Source: Carcharhinus longimanus
Lineage: Eukaryota
Direction of reading: 5' to 3'
Length of the DNA stretch: 64,000 nt
Assembly (NCBI GenBank): GCA_030264375.1
Contig: JASCQW010000156.1
Span: 12,730,001 to 12,794,000 of the forward strand
Part shown: in pieces, positions 13,579-25,500 of the stretch
Numbering within the stretch: the stretch's first letter is position 1
How the letters are laid out: each line of letters starts with the position of its first letter
Notes under the pieces: model-generated
Databases searched by the model: none
What the model was told of the DNA's origin: nothing
What the model saw: only the letters and a program-made list of their open reading frames with translations
Program-made: the position numbers and the translations under genes

Positions 13579-15647
13579 CAGAGATTTTCGTGTTGATTCC
13601 TTGCTACTTGCTGATTCACCTATCACCCCCTCCCAGTTTCCCATTACAAATCAACTGCACATAGAGGCCAATTAGGAAAAGTAGGTTTTAACAAATTGTA
13701 TAAAATTTGAGATTCCTATTCCCAAAATGACCATCCTGTGACACTTGTTGCACAAGTAAGAGACAAACAAAAGCCGATCGCAGAGGTTGACAGTTTCGCA
13801 GAGGATGGTTTATACCTGTCGGGTATCGCTTTCACTGCCCACTCTAAAAGCATGAGTGTCCAATCCTGCAGCATATTTTATCTCATTTATTTATAAGTGA
13901 ATGTGACTCAATCGATGGCACAGTTCTATTTACACAAAGACAGGTTTGCGACTCCATTGATTGACCTTCCATATCCACCATGAGGGAGGCCCAGTCTCTG
14001 CACACCTCACCATATCATCAAACGACTGAGTTTGGGACCTGAGGAGCAGGGTGGTTGGAACTGGTATTACACAGGTATAACACATTAGCATTCCCACATG
14101 TTGTGTCAGTCTGCCATCCAGTATTTTGTGCTCAGAAGGTTTAAATACACTGGACTGAATAACTCCCTAATCATTATCTACCAATGCTGTACACTTACTG
14201 CTGGCTCTAGTCACTTCTTGTTACCCCAGTTTAAATTGTAGAGCTGCTTGAAGCAACATTGGACCATTTTAGGACACTTTCCTCTTCGACTGTCATCAGT
14301 TCTGCTCTAATGGTTTCATGTCTGGAATCTTCTCACATCTGGGATTTCCCACTGAAGAGCCCAATAGCTTGGGTGGGGGTAGGTGCGATATGGAAATGGC
14401 CATTTTGGCAGTCGGTGGGAACTGGTGACACATTTTATTGACAGCAGCTAATAAATAGGTTCTCTGGGGCAGCCGGCTCCATTAAGCATGACTGCCACCC
14501 CTCTAGGAAGTGGAAGGTGGGTTGTGGGTTGGTCGAGGCAGAAAAGGTTTGAGTAGGGTGCGGGGAACCCAATCAACTAGCAACTTCAGCTATAAAGCTT
14601 AAGACAAAGTAACAAGGCGACAAACCAGTAAATGTACAGATATCTACATTTAAATCCAAATCATGATGATTCAAGCTTAAACTTGCAGGTCTCCTGTAGT
14701 ATTACTCATTGCGAATCAACTGTTAGGTGATCCCACAACTGTGTGCTGTGTTGAATGGTTAAACTGGATCTGTACTTTAACTGACCAAACCATTTAACAT
14801 AGCAAAGTCTAAATGCAGTAACACATTCTTTAACTAATTTTTGTCTTATTCTTGGTGGTGAGGGAGGTACTTGTAAACTGTCCAGGTCTGAAGAGATCAG
14901 TGCAATGTTTTCTTTCTTTCTTTAATTTAGTTTTGAAACTTTGAATTATGACCAACACATGCTAGATTCAGGATTTATAGGTGTGGATGGGACTGCCTAT
15001 GTGTCATATACCTGTAGAGTTACAAACTGTGCTGTACCGGAATAGTCTTTGGCTTAACTCTGAAGTCACTTTGTCTGATATCACCACATGTTCTCCTTTT
15101 TAGTTTTTTGACATTTCAGTGACATAGTCATTCAAAATGGGAGCATGGAAGCCATGTTCCTCTTGTAACTTCCTTGTTCCAATGTAATTCTGGACTCTTT
15201 CCCACAAATAGACATTTGATAGTGGATTTCTGTTAGGTATGTATTCTCCAATAGGTAAACAGCCTTTTATTAGAACCAGGTCCTGTTACCTAACATGAAC
15301 TGACTGTATACATCAGTGTAGAATGCCACCCATTAAACCGATTCATGGAGAAGAAATGCAGACAGAAAGAGACACAGCGTCAGGAGCCTGAATGTGCATT
15401 AGTGTTATTTATTTTGCTTTCTGTCAGTTTTTGTTTTCCTGAATTCCAATCTTGCCAGACCTTCATAATGACAACAAATTACTTCATCATCGAATCAATT
15501 ACTGTCACTTCTCATATTCTTATCCACAGTACAGCTCACAGACGAGCGCCCTCCTTTTGGCTTTATTTCATACTGCATTATTGAAAACTTCTTTCTCCAC
15601 CTTTTACAGTCCCAAAATAGATATAGACTCGCATTGAGTTATATAAA

Positions 15648-15975
15648 AAGAAGAAAGAACTTACATTCGTACAACAACTTTCACAACCCCAATGAAGCAC
15701 TTTGAAGAATGTTGTAATTTCTGAAATGTAGCAGCCAACTTGTGTACAGCAAGATCCCACATATAATAATGCAGTAATGACCCGATCATTTCTTTTAATG
15801 ATGTTGGTTAAGGAATAAATATTGGTGAGGACTCTGGGGTGATCTGCTCTGTTCTTATTCAAATAGTGCCCTGGGAACTTTTACATCCAACTGAGAGAGG
15901 AGACGGGACCTTAGTTTAACATCTTATTCAAAAGACAGTATCTCCAAGTGCTCCATGATTACCGTACTAGGTGTG
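15648..15975 (-). mobile_element. Deu-domain SINE
   Basis: Reverse complement of the 885-1245 family (aaatagtgcc...ttttacatcca.ctgagag...gtttaacatct). Confidence 0.7.
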
Positions 15976-17408
15976 TCAGCCTACCTTATGGGCTCAAGCA
16001 GCAGAGTGGTGTTTGTATCTTTGTCCTCAAACAAAAGTGCTACTTCTGAGCCATTGCTGGCACTTAAAGAATGCTGCCTTTGGAGATCCCTAGGTCAATT
16101 CATCTTAATTACACTTTTACAGCATGGTAACTGTCACCACCAACACTGTCGTCATTTTCCTCACATCCTTTCTCTCTATTTGTTAGAGTTGACAAAAGCC
16201 TGTGACTGTAATGGTTTTATCAAGCTCTGTGTAGCAGAGGCTGATGATGTCCATGTTGCTTCACCAAGTAAGGTATAAGCGATATGAGGTTATCCTCATA
16301 TGGAATATTTTTGGGAAGTTATAAAGAACTCTCAATCAGTCCATAGGAATTGGCCAAGTATCAATGTTGCATGCGTTTGCATATGATTTCCTCCCACCTC
16401 ACTACTTTTGCCCCTTCCTGTCTGGAGTAGGTTGCATTGATGATAATCATCCTCTGGTTCCTCACCCATGTAAGAGTGTTTGTTGGCAGGGTACAACATT
16501 GTGAGGGACATCAGATCTGAGCCTGATCCTGTCCTCACCTGAAGCCAAGATGGGCTGCAGTGGCTTTAGGGCCCCCAGATTGAACACCCCTCTAACACTT
16601 CCTTCACTATCTGCATTTGAAGACCAATCGTTGCATTTTACATATGAAGAACATAGAAGACACACCAGAAGGCCTTCCTGAAAAACCATTCCTCAAAACG
16701 AATCATCACCCTTTGGAGAAAAGGAAGCAAAAGGAGAGGGGGAGTAAAATTTCAGAAAAGAAAACAATTCCTATTTACAGCGTCAGTGAGAAAATGTTGC
16801 GGTTTTCAGCAGCGGAAGTATTATTCCAAACTCAGCCTCACATATTTACTGACCTCTAATGTCTGAAACTGAGTACTGCAACAGCACCAAATCAACCCAC
16901 ACATGATAACAGGCAAGCATTGACAAGTGATGTCTTGTTACTGTGTAAAATATTGAAAGATAATTCGAAATTTAGAACTCCTTTTTGAATTGACATGAAT
17001 TTTGATGTATTTTTTCTCCATTACTATGTAAATACCTCGATATTGGGATGAATTCATTGACGTTTAAGGCATGGAATTATAATGTACCACAAGAACATGT
17101 TAGGAATCCAGGCGCAGAGGGCATACATTTATGATTTTCTGAGTACTAATGGCTTTCTTCCTCATCGCATCTCAGCCCATTATGCAATGTATTCTGTCCC
17201 ATGACTGCTTCATTTTTGCATTTGTTGTTCATTATGTTAATGAAATAAATATGCTGTGGATGATTCTCCAGTCCTGTCAGATGGACCCTGGGAACCCAGA
17301 TGCCCTGCTGAATTGGGCATCAGCCAAAAATCAGAATTCCCGCTGGGAGTGAAGGTAATCGAGATTCACCCGCCCTGATTTTTATTCAAAACCCTTGTTT
17401 TAAATCTC

Positions 17409-17737
17409 ATGGTGGCACAGTAGTTAGCACTGCTGCCTCACAGTGCCAGGGACCTGGGTTCAATTCCAGCCTCAGGTCATTCTCTATGTGGAGTTTGCAC
17501 NNNNNNNNNNNNNNNNNNNNNNNNNNNNNNNNNNNNNNNNNNNNNNNNNNNNNNNNNNNNNNNNNNNNNNNNTTAGCACTGCTGCCTCACAGTGCCAGGG
17601 ACCTGGGTTCAATTCCAGCCTCAGGTCATTCTCTATGTGGAGTTTGCACGTTCTCCCGTGTCTGCATGGGCTTCCTCCGGGTGCTCCAATTTCTTCCCAC
17701 AATCCAAAGATATACGGGTTGGCCATGCTAAATTGAC
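17409..17737 (+). mobile_element. HE1-type V-SINE spanning an N gap, head artefactually duplicated
   Basis: ggtggcacagtagttagcactgctgcctcacag head; the same ~77 nt occur on both sides of the gap. Confidence 0.8.
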
Positions 17738-19193
17738 CTGAGCCTGATTCAGTATCCTCTCGCCATTCACCCGCCTTCCTATGGGGAACTGCACTAGGCT
17801 GGTAATGATGTTGGTAATGAGCAGTACAGACCTGGCATGCTGGACCCCGAGGAGGGTTAAGGAACTAGGTCTAGTGGCCATTTGCCCTCTACAAAGGGTT
17901 CTCCAAGGATCCTTGGGGATGGGGTGGGCTCAGGTGGATTTGGATTGGGGGCAAGGGATTGATCTCCGCAATGTCTCCTGGAGTAGGGGCTTTGTGGCTT
18001 GATCACCCTTTCTACCCCTAGCAGATCTGAAGTTTGCTCCTGGCATAATGATTTCAGGTAGTTCTGTGATCAACACTGAAGCAGCCTGGTCATTTTAATC
18101 TCTATGGACAGCTGGCAGGCTTCTAAATCACAGCAGCACTCCATTCTGCAGCAGGGATTTTCTTTTCACTCTGTCAGAAGCTGCACATGTGAGCAGACCT
18201 CTTTAAAGTCCTCTGACAGAGAGGAAATGTCAATTTCACTGGGTCGTGGTGGGGGTGGCGCTGGGGGGGGTTCCCTTCTCTACAGCTTAACCCCAGTCTA
18301 TTCACACAGCTTTTTGAATTCTCTGAGCCTTCCTGGAAAACTTAAATGCTTTGAAATCTTCTTCATTCCATTGAAAACTTCAGCTCGCTTTCAATTTCAT
18401 TTTGCAGTGAAGTAGGCTTTGATTCACAGCTTGAATGGTTTTCTACTCAGCTTCCAGTAATTTGTGTTCACTTACTTTTCCCTTCACGGTTGCATGCATC
18501 TGAAGTTCCCTCCCCTCCACAATGTTCCTAACCACAATGTTTACAAAGATTCTAAGCCTGATTGACACTGTGCTTTTTTGAAAGGAAATAAGTTGTTTGC
18601 AAAAGAGGAGATGAAACCAGTTATTCCCTTTGAAGAAGGGATAGAGCAGTGATCAACCCTTTGCCAGGATGTCAGTGCCAGGGTGCTGGGCCCAGTGCAC
18701 CATTAGCACTGATCAGAGGGGGGAGGGGCACCATTTCCGGTTTGGAGAAGGGGGACATCTCTGAGAATGTGGAGACAAGAGCACCCTTTATAAATGACGT
18801 CACAATCTCTGGACAGTTGAGCTGGCTGATGTGTTTCAGAGGGTGCATAGATTTACATCCATCAGGTGAAACCCACCATTTTCACATCAGTGAGAGCAGG
18901 CCCATTATTGATTGAGACTATTAATGTTCTTCCATACTGCTTTTTATACATAGGTTTTTTTACCCCCCTGCTGTGATGGAATTGATCTCAATTAAGTGAA
19001 TCCATCTGGAAGTGCAACCAAGTCACAATCCCTGGATGAAAATCTTTATCAGTTCCAATTCCCCAGATAACTTAAATATGCTGCTGCAAGTTATTGGTTC
19101 AAGTATCACACTAGGATCTGATGAAAGGTCATCAAACTGTAACATTTAATTCTGGTACTGTCTTCACAGATCCTGTCTGATCCTTTGAGTATT

Positions 19194-20113
19194 GTAAGAA
19201 GTCTCACAACACCAGGTTAAAGTCCAACAGGTTTATTTGGTAGCAAAATCCACTAGCTTTCAGAGCGCTGCTCCTTCGTCAGGTNNNNNNNNNNNNNNNN
19301 NNNNNNNNNNNNNNNNNNNNNNNNNNNNNNNNNNNNNNNNNNNNNNNNNNNNNNNNNNNNNNNNNNNNNNNNNNNNNNNNNNNNNNNNNNNNNNNNNNNN
19401 NNNNNNNNNNNNNNNNNNNNNNNNNNNNNNNNNNNNNNNNNNNNNNNNNNNNNNNNNNNNNNNNNNNNNNNNNNNNNNNNNNNNNNNNNNNNNNNNNNNN
19501 NNNNNNNNNNNNNNNNNNNNNNNNNNNNNNNNNNNNNNNNNNNNNNNNNNNNNNNNNNNNNNNNNNNNNNNNNNNNNNNNNNNNNNNNNNNNNNNNNNNN
19601 NNNNNNNNNNNNNNNNNNNNNNNNNNNNNNNNNNNNNNNNNNNNNNNNNNNNNNNNNNNNNNNNNNNNNNNNNNNNNNNNNNNNNNNNNNNNNNNNNNNN
19701 NNNNNNNNNNNNNNNNNNNNNNNNNNNNNNNNNNNNNNNNNNNNNNNNNNNNNNNNNNNNNNNNNNNNNNNNNNNNNNNNNNNNNNNNNNNNNNNNNNNN
19801 NNNNNNNNNNNNNNNNNNNNNNNNNNNNNNNNNNNNNNNNNNNNNNNNNNNNNNNNNNNNNNNNNNNNNNNNNNNNNNNNNNNNNNNNNNNNNNNNNNNN
19901 NNNNNNNNNNNNNNNNNNNNNNNNNNNNNNNNNNNNNNNNNNNNNNNNNNNNNNNNNNNNNNNNNNNNNNNNNNNNNNNNNNNNNNNNNNNNNNNNNNNN
20001 NNNNNCTCTGAAAACTAGTGGCTTTTGCTACCAAATAAACTTGTTGGACTTTAACCTGGTGTTGTGAGACTTCTTACTGTATTTATCCCGGTCCAACGCC
20101 GGCACCTCCACAG
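19194..20113. mobile_element. Penelope-like element (family 1) with inverted termini, centre in an N gap
   Basis: Left arm on minus strand with hammerhead motif 19251-19284; right arm on plus strand ending in the ...gtccaacgccggcacctccaca tail; flanked by CTTTGAGTATT at 19183-19193 and 20114-20124. Confidence 0.8.
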
Positions 20114-20795
20114 CTTTGAGTATTTAGAGCATTTACTGCTTTTACTTCAAAGAGCTTCGTTGCTCATGCCATGCTTTGAGATGTTATCAAGAAATGTGCT
20201 AAGAAGCTAGCTAAATGCAAGATTATTTTGAAAGGACACCTTTATATACAGAGCTCAATAAAAGAATTGAGTTCAGCTGTGAGGAATTAATGATGAATTT
20301 CCCTCTTATATTTTTTAGTCTCAGCCCGAGCATCATTCTAATCACATCAAGTGATTCAAACTTTAAAACCCAAACCTCTGAGAATTTGTTAATCCCGGTG
20401 TGCCAGCGGTACCAAGTTTGCTCCAGTAAGGGCACTGATTCCATGCTACAGTTTATAAACTGTAATTTCTTTTATTGGGTCTGTGGTTGTGGTATGGCTC
20501 AGTTAATGCTCCTCCTAGCCTTAGGTTTGAAAAATAAAATCTGCTGCCACAGAAATGCAAATAAACCATAGCCAGCCCAGTTCATTTAAGAAAGAAAAAC
20601 TTGCATTTATGCAATGACTTGCCTGATTCCCTTTTGCATTTTACAGCTAACTAATTACTAGCCACTGTTATGTAGGCAAATACAATTGTCAATTTGTGTG
20701 CTCATCAAAGTTTCTCAAACTTGGAATAAGTAACTGGCTAATCTAAATTAATTGCTTTGATTAAAGGACAAATGTTAGCCTGGACATTGAGAAAC

Positions 20796-21125
20796 AAATT
20801 TGCCATAAACAGGTCCAGGCAGCAGGTGACCGAGGGAATCGTCCAACCCATCTGTCTGCCCCTCTACCCTGGCTATATTCGCAGCCGGGTGTCCCTGAAG
20901 AGGGAACATGCAGTGTTTGAGGGTGCTGTTGATGCCTTCCATGTCCACTGGGCAACGCAGGGGCCAGGGTGTATTATCAACTTCTTTAATCACATTTTAG
21001 TTTGATGTTTTAAGTTTCCTTTCTACTTTGTCTTTTGTTTCAGGCAGTTCTGTTTTTGGGGGATGCTCCTATTAATTTACCCCTCAGTTAATTTGATTTA
21101 GCTTAATTGTTTAGTCAAAAGTATT
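20796..21125 (+). mobile_element. Tx1-clade LINE 3' end inside a minus-strand Deu-SINE (~20588-21675)
   Basis: Peptide AINRSRQQ...CLPLYPGYIRSRVSLKREHAV...AFHVHWATQG resembles the Tx1 ORF2 C-terminus, followed by a T-rich 3' UTR; SINE sequence continues on both sides. Confidence 0.65.
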
Positions 21126-21161
21126 GACACCGGGGAAAACTTATTTGCTCTTCTTTGAATA

Positions 21162-21546
21162 CAGTAAGAAGTCTTTACAACTCCAGGTTAAAGTCCAGCA
21201 GGTTTATTTGGTAGCAAAATCCACTAGCTTTCGGAGCACTGCTCCTTCGTTAGGTAAGTGGGAGTTCTGTTCACAAACAGGGCATATAAAGACATAAACT
21301 CAATTTACAAAATAATGATTGGAATGAGAATCTTTATGGGTAATCAAGTCTTAAAGGTACAGACAATGTGAGTGGAGAGAACGTTAAACATAGGTTAAAG
21401 AGATGTGTATTGTCACCAGACAAAACAATTAGTGAGATTTTGCAAGCCCAGGCAAGTCATGGGGGTTGCAGATAATGTGATATGTACCCAAGATTACAGT
21501 TGAGGCCGTCCTCGTGTGCAGAACTTGGCTATCAGAAGAACTGCCA
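21162..21546 (-). mobile_element. Penelope-like element (family 1) 3' fragment
   Basis: Same terminus as 19194; hammerhead core mutated to CTAACGA (21222-21256); flanked by CTTCTTTGAATA at 21150-21161 and 21547-21558. Confidence 0.8.
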
Positions 21547-21684
21547 CTTCTTTGAATATGCCATAGGACCTTTTACATCCATGTGTGAGGACAGACAGGC
21601 CTCAGTCCAGTGTTTCATCAGAAAGGCAGCACCTCTGACAACACAGCACTCTTCAGAAGTGCACTGGACTGTCATGTAGATTAT

Positions 21685-24600
21685 CATAGAATCATAAGAT
21701 TGTTACAGCATAGAAGGAGACCATTCAGCTCATCACAATTTTGCTGGTTCTTTGGAAAAGAAACTCACCCAGTTGTACTCTCTCACCTTTTCCCTGAGCC
21801 CTGCAAATTATTCCTCTTAAGATAATTATTCATTTTCCTTCTGAAGGCCCCTTTTGAATCTATCTCCACCACACACTCAGGTAGTGCATTCCAGATTCAA
21901 ACCATGCACTGCATAAAAACGTTTTTCATCATGTCACCATTGCTTCATTTGCCAATCACCTTAAATCAGCCTCCTCTGTTTCTTGATCTTTCTGCCACCA
22001 GGAATAGTTTCTCCCTACTTATTCTGTCCAGAGCATTCTCGATTTTGAAAATTTTTATCAAATAACTTTTCTTCTATCAGGAGAACTGGCCCAGTTTCTC
22101 CAATATACTGCATAGCTAAAGTTCTTCACCCCGGAGCCATCCTCATAAATCTTTGCTGCATCCTCTTTCATGTCTTCACATCCTTCTTAAAATGTTGTGC
22201 CCAGAAGTGGACAAAATACTCCAGTGGAGGCTGAACAATTATTTTACACAGGCTCATCACAGCTTCCTTCCATTTCTAAAAATACTCTAAATGTAACTAC
22301 TCCAAATGATCTGTAGTGGATCAAGAAGATGGCCCGTCACCCTCTTCTCAAAAGCATTTAGGCTTGAGCAACAAACGCTGGCATTGTCAGTGATGCTCAC
22401 ATTCAAGGAATGAATAATCATTTTTTAAAAATCCTCAATGCCCCCTATTTATATAGTCCTGGATCCTGTATGTTTTATTAACCACTTTCTCAGCCTAATC
22501 TGCCATCTTCAATGAAAGCTCCCAGATCCCTCTGCTCCTGAATCCCTTTTAGAATTGCACCTTTAGTTTACATTGTAGTTCCTAATTCTTCGTACAATGA
22601 ATCAATTCACATTTCTCTGCATTAAATTTTATCTGTTACAACTGCCACTTCTGCCCGTTTGACCAGTTTAAGTCCTGTTGAAGTTTCATAGAAATCATAG
22701 AAACCCTACAGTACAGAAAGAGGCCATTCGGCCCATTGAGTCTGCACCGACCACAATCCAACCCAGGTCTTACCCCTATATCCATATATATTTTACCCAC
22801 TAATCCTCTAACCTATGCATCTACTGTCAATTTAGCATGGCCAATCAACCTAACCCGCACATCTTTGGGCTGTGGGAGGAAACCAGAGCACCCGGATGAA
22901 ACCCACGCAGACACGAGGAGAATGCGCAAACTCCACACAGACAGCAACCCAAGCCAGGAATCAAACCCAGGTTCCTGGAGCTGTAAAGCAGCAGTGCTAA
23001 CCACTGTGCTACTGTACCACCCAGATGACAGTTTATCACTGTCATCTTCACAGTTCACAATATTTTCAAGTTTTGTGTCACCTGCAAATTTTGAAATTAC
23101 ACCGTCTACACCAAAGGTGAGTTTGTTAATATAGATCAAGAAAGGCAGTGATCCTAAGGCCACCCACGGGAAACCCCTTTATATATCTTCCTCCATCCCG
23201 AAAAACCACTACTCTTTTTTCTGCTGTCATTTAGCTAATTATCTCTCCATGTTGTCATTGTACCTTTCAATCCACAGGCTTCAACTTTGCTGGCATTGCC
23301 TGTTAGGTGGTACATTATCACATGTTTTTTTGGAAGCCCATATACACCATATCAACTGCAGGACCTTCGTCAATCATTAGTCATAGAGGTGAATTTTATA
23401 TAAAACAAAGTGGGTAGCTGGCCCACCGTATTCCTGCCCACCTCTGACATGTCCTCCAATTTAAAGGCAATGGGTGGGGTGTCAGGCAGTCTGTCCAGCC
23501 CATTGGCTTATTGAGCCCCCTTGCTGGAATTTCCAATCTCTACTGAACCAAAATGCCTGAATTAATTGGCAAGCCCTACTTAAGATTTACCCCATAGATT
23601 CATTTGTTATACACAAGACCAAATGGTCCATCAACTCATTGCCAACTCTCTTCAGAGCAGTCCAGTCAGACTCATTCCTCCATTCTATTCCTATAAATCT
23701 GTAAGTTTAGTAGCTTCAAGTGCCAATCTAATTTCCTTTTGAAATCATCAACTGTTTCCATTTCTACTTTGTGAGCAGCTTGTTACAGGTCATTACTCCT
23801 CCTCACATTCTCCCTGCATCACTCGCTCAAAGCCTTAATTCTGTATTACCTCGTCCTTGTACTATCTGCTAATGTGAACAGCTTTATCTAAACCTGCCCC
23901 AATTTTGTACTCTTCTATCAAATCTTCCCTCAATCTCCTTTGCTCCAAGAAGAACAACCCTAGCTTTTCCAAAACAGCCATATGACTAAAATTTCTCTTC
24001 TATGTTTCTTCTGTACTCTCTCAAGAACCCTCGCACTTTTTCTAAAGTAAGACTAAAACTAGACACAGTCCTCAAGTTCTCCATTTAGGGCCTAAGTAGA
24101 GTTTTACAAATGCTCAGCATAGTTTCACTGTGTTCACAATTAATGCCTCTATTTATGAAGCCCAAGATCACATATGCCTTGCTAACCATTCTCTCAATGT
24201 GAGTAGCCACCATCAGGACCACTGCATTTACACTCTAGGTCCTTCTGTTCCTACACATTTTTTGGTACTGTGCCGTTATGTCTATATTACCCCTCCCAAC
24301 TCTTCTTTCAAAATCCAATATGATATTCTATCTGCCACTCCTTGTCCTCTCTGGTAGCCTAATTATGTTATGCTGCAGTTTGTATCATCCTCACCGTTTA
24401 TCATCCTTCGAAGTTAGGTACCATCAGCAAATTTTGACATTCTACTCTGAGTCGGTTGTAAGTAGCATAAAAAAGCAGTGGTCCCAGCACTAACCCTTGA
24501 GGAATGCCATTGTCTATCATCCTCTGGTCTGAAAAATAACCAATTACCACAAGTTGCTATTTTTTGTCCTTAAGCCAGTCTTCTATCAAATTGGACTCTG

Positions 24601-25500
24601 ACTTTCCAATTCCATAAGCCCTCAATTTTTAAACCAGCCACGTATGTGTTACTTTGTTGAAGACTTTCTTGAAATTCATATTGACAACATCCACTGCATT
24701 CTCTTTATCAACCTCTGTTACTTCATCAAAAAAATTCAGTTAGATTAATCAAGCATGATCTGTCTTTTACAACTACATCCTGGCTATTCTTAATTAACAC
24801 AAACCTCTCCAAGTGTCTACTGTTTTCTTTCTCTTAGTTATTATTTCTAGAACCTTACCCACCACTTATGTCTCAGTTAAGTGGCTGGTAATTTCTAGGA
24901 CTACTCTTACATACTTTCTGGAATAGGGGTAGCCACATCAAAACTCATGCAAATTCATTGAACATGATCTTTCCTTAGCAAATCTGTGATGACTTTTCTT
25001 AATCCATATCTGACCAAGTGACTGTTTATTTTGCCCTGAATTATTGTTTCCAAAAGCTTTCAGATCACTGAGGTTAAACTGACTGGCCTCTGGTTGCTGG
25101 ACTCATCTTTGCATCTTATTTTGAACAAAGATGTTAAATTTTCAATTTTCTGGTCCTGTATCTAAAGAGGCTTGGAAGATTATAGCCAATGCCTCTGCAA
25201 TTCCCACCTGTCCTTCCCAAGTATCGTTGGATGATCTCATTCAGCCTTGATGATTTATTTACTTGAAGCACAGCCAGTATATCCAACACCCCCTCTTTGT
25301 CAATTTTTACTACAGTCAGTGCCTCAACAGTCTTTTCATTCACTGCCGTTTGAACTGCATCTCCTTTCTTGGTTCAGGCTAACTCATTTAGTATCTCAGC
25401 CCTGTCCCCTGAATTCATGCATAAATCCCTTTTTTGGCCCCTACTTAGCCACACTTCTCATTTTATGGGCATATAAAAAGTAGAAGGCTTCTGGTTGCCT
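21685..25500 (-). mobile_element. Cluster of degenerate CR1 LINE fragments with nested SINE insertions
   Basis: Minus-strand RT remnants, e.g. LGSLPFLIYINKL...ISKFAGDTKL (YADD region) near 23030-23160 and LQVNKSSRLNEI near 25240; many frameshifts and stops. Confidence 0.7.
22687..23022 (-). mobile_element. HE1-type V-SINE inserted in CR1
   Basis: Complete head, core and catagaaatcatagaaaccc tail. Confidence 0.85.

Noticed and set aside
17424-17649. Identical tandem duplication of a SINE head
   Set aside because: The two copies directly flank an N gap, typical of an unmerged contig overlap.
19237-20067. Long ORFs spanning N runs (also 6336-6788 and 62942-63766)
   Set aside because: Artefacts of translating through assembly gaps.
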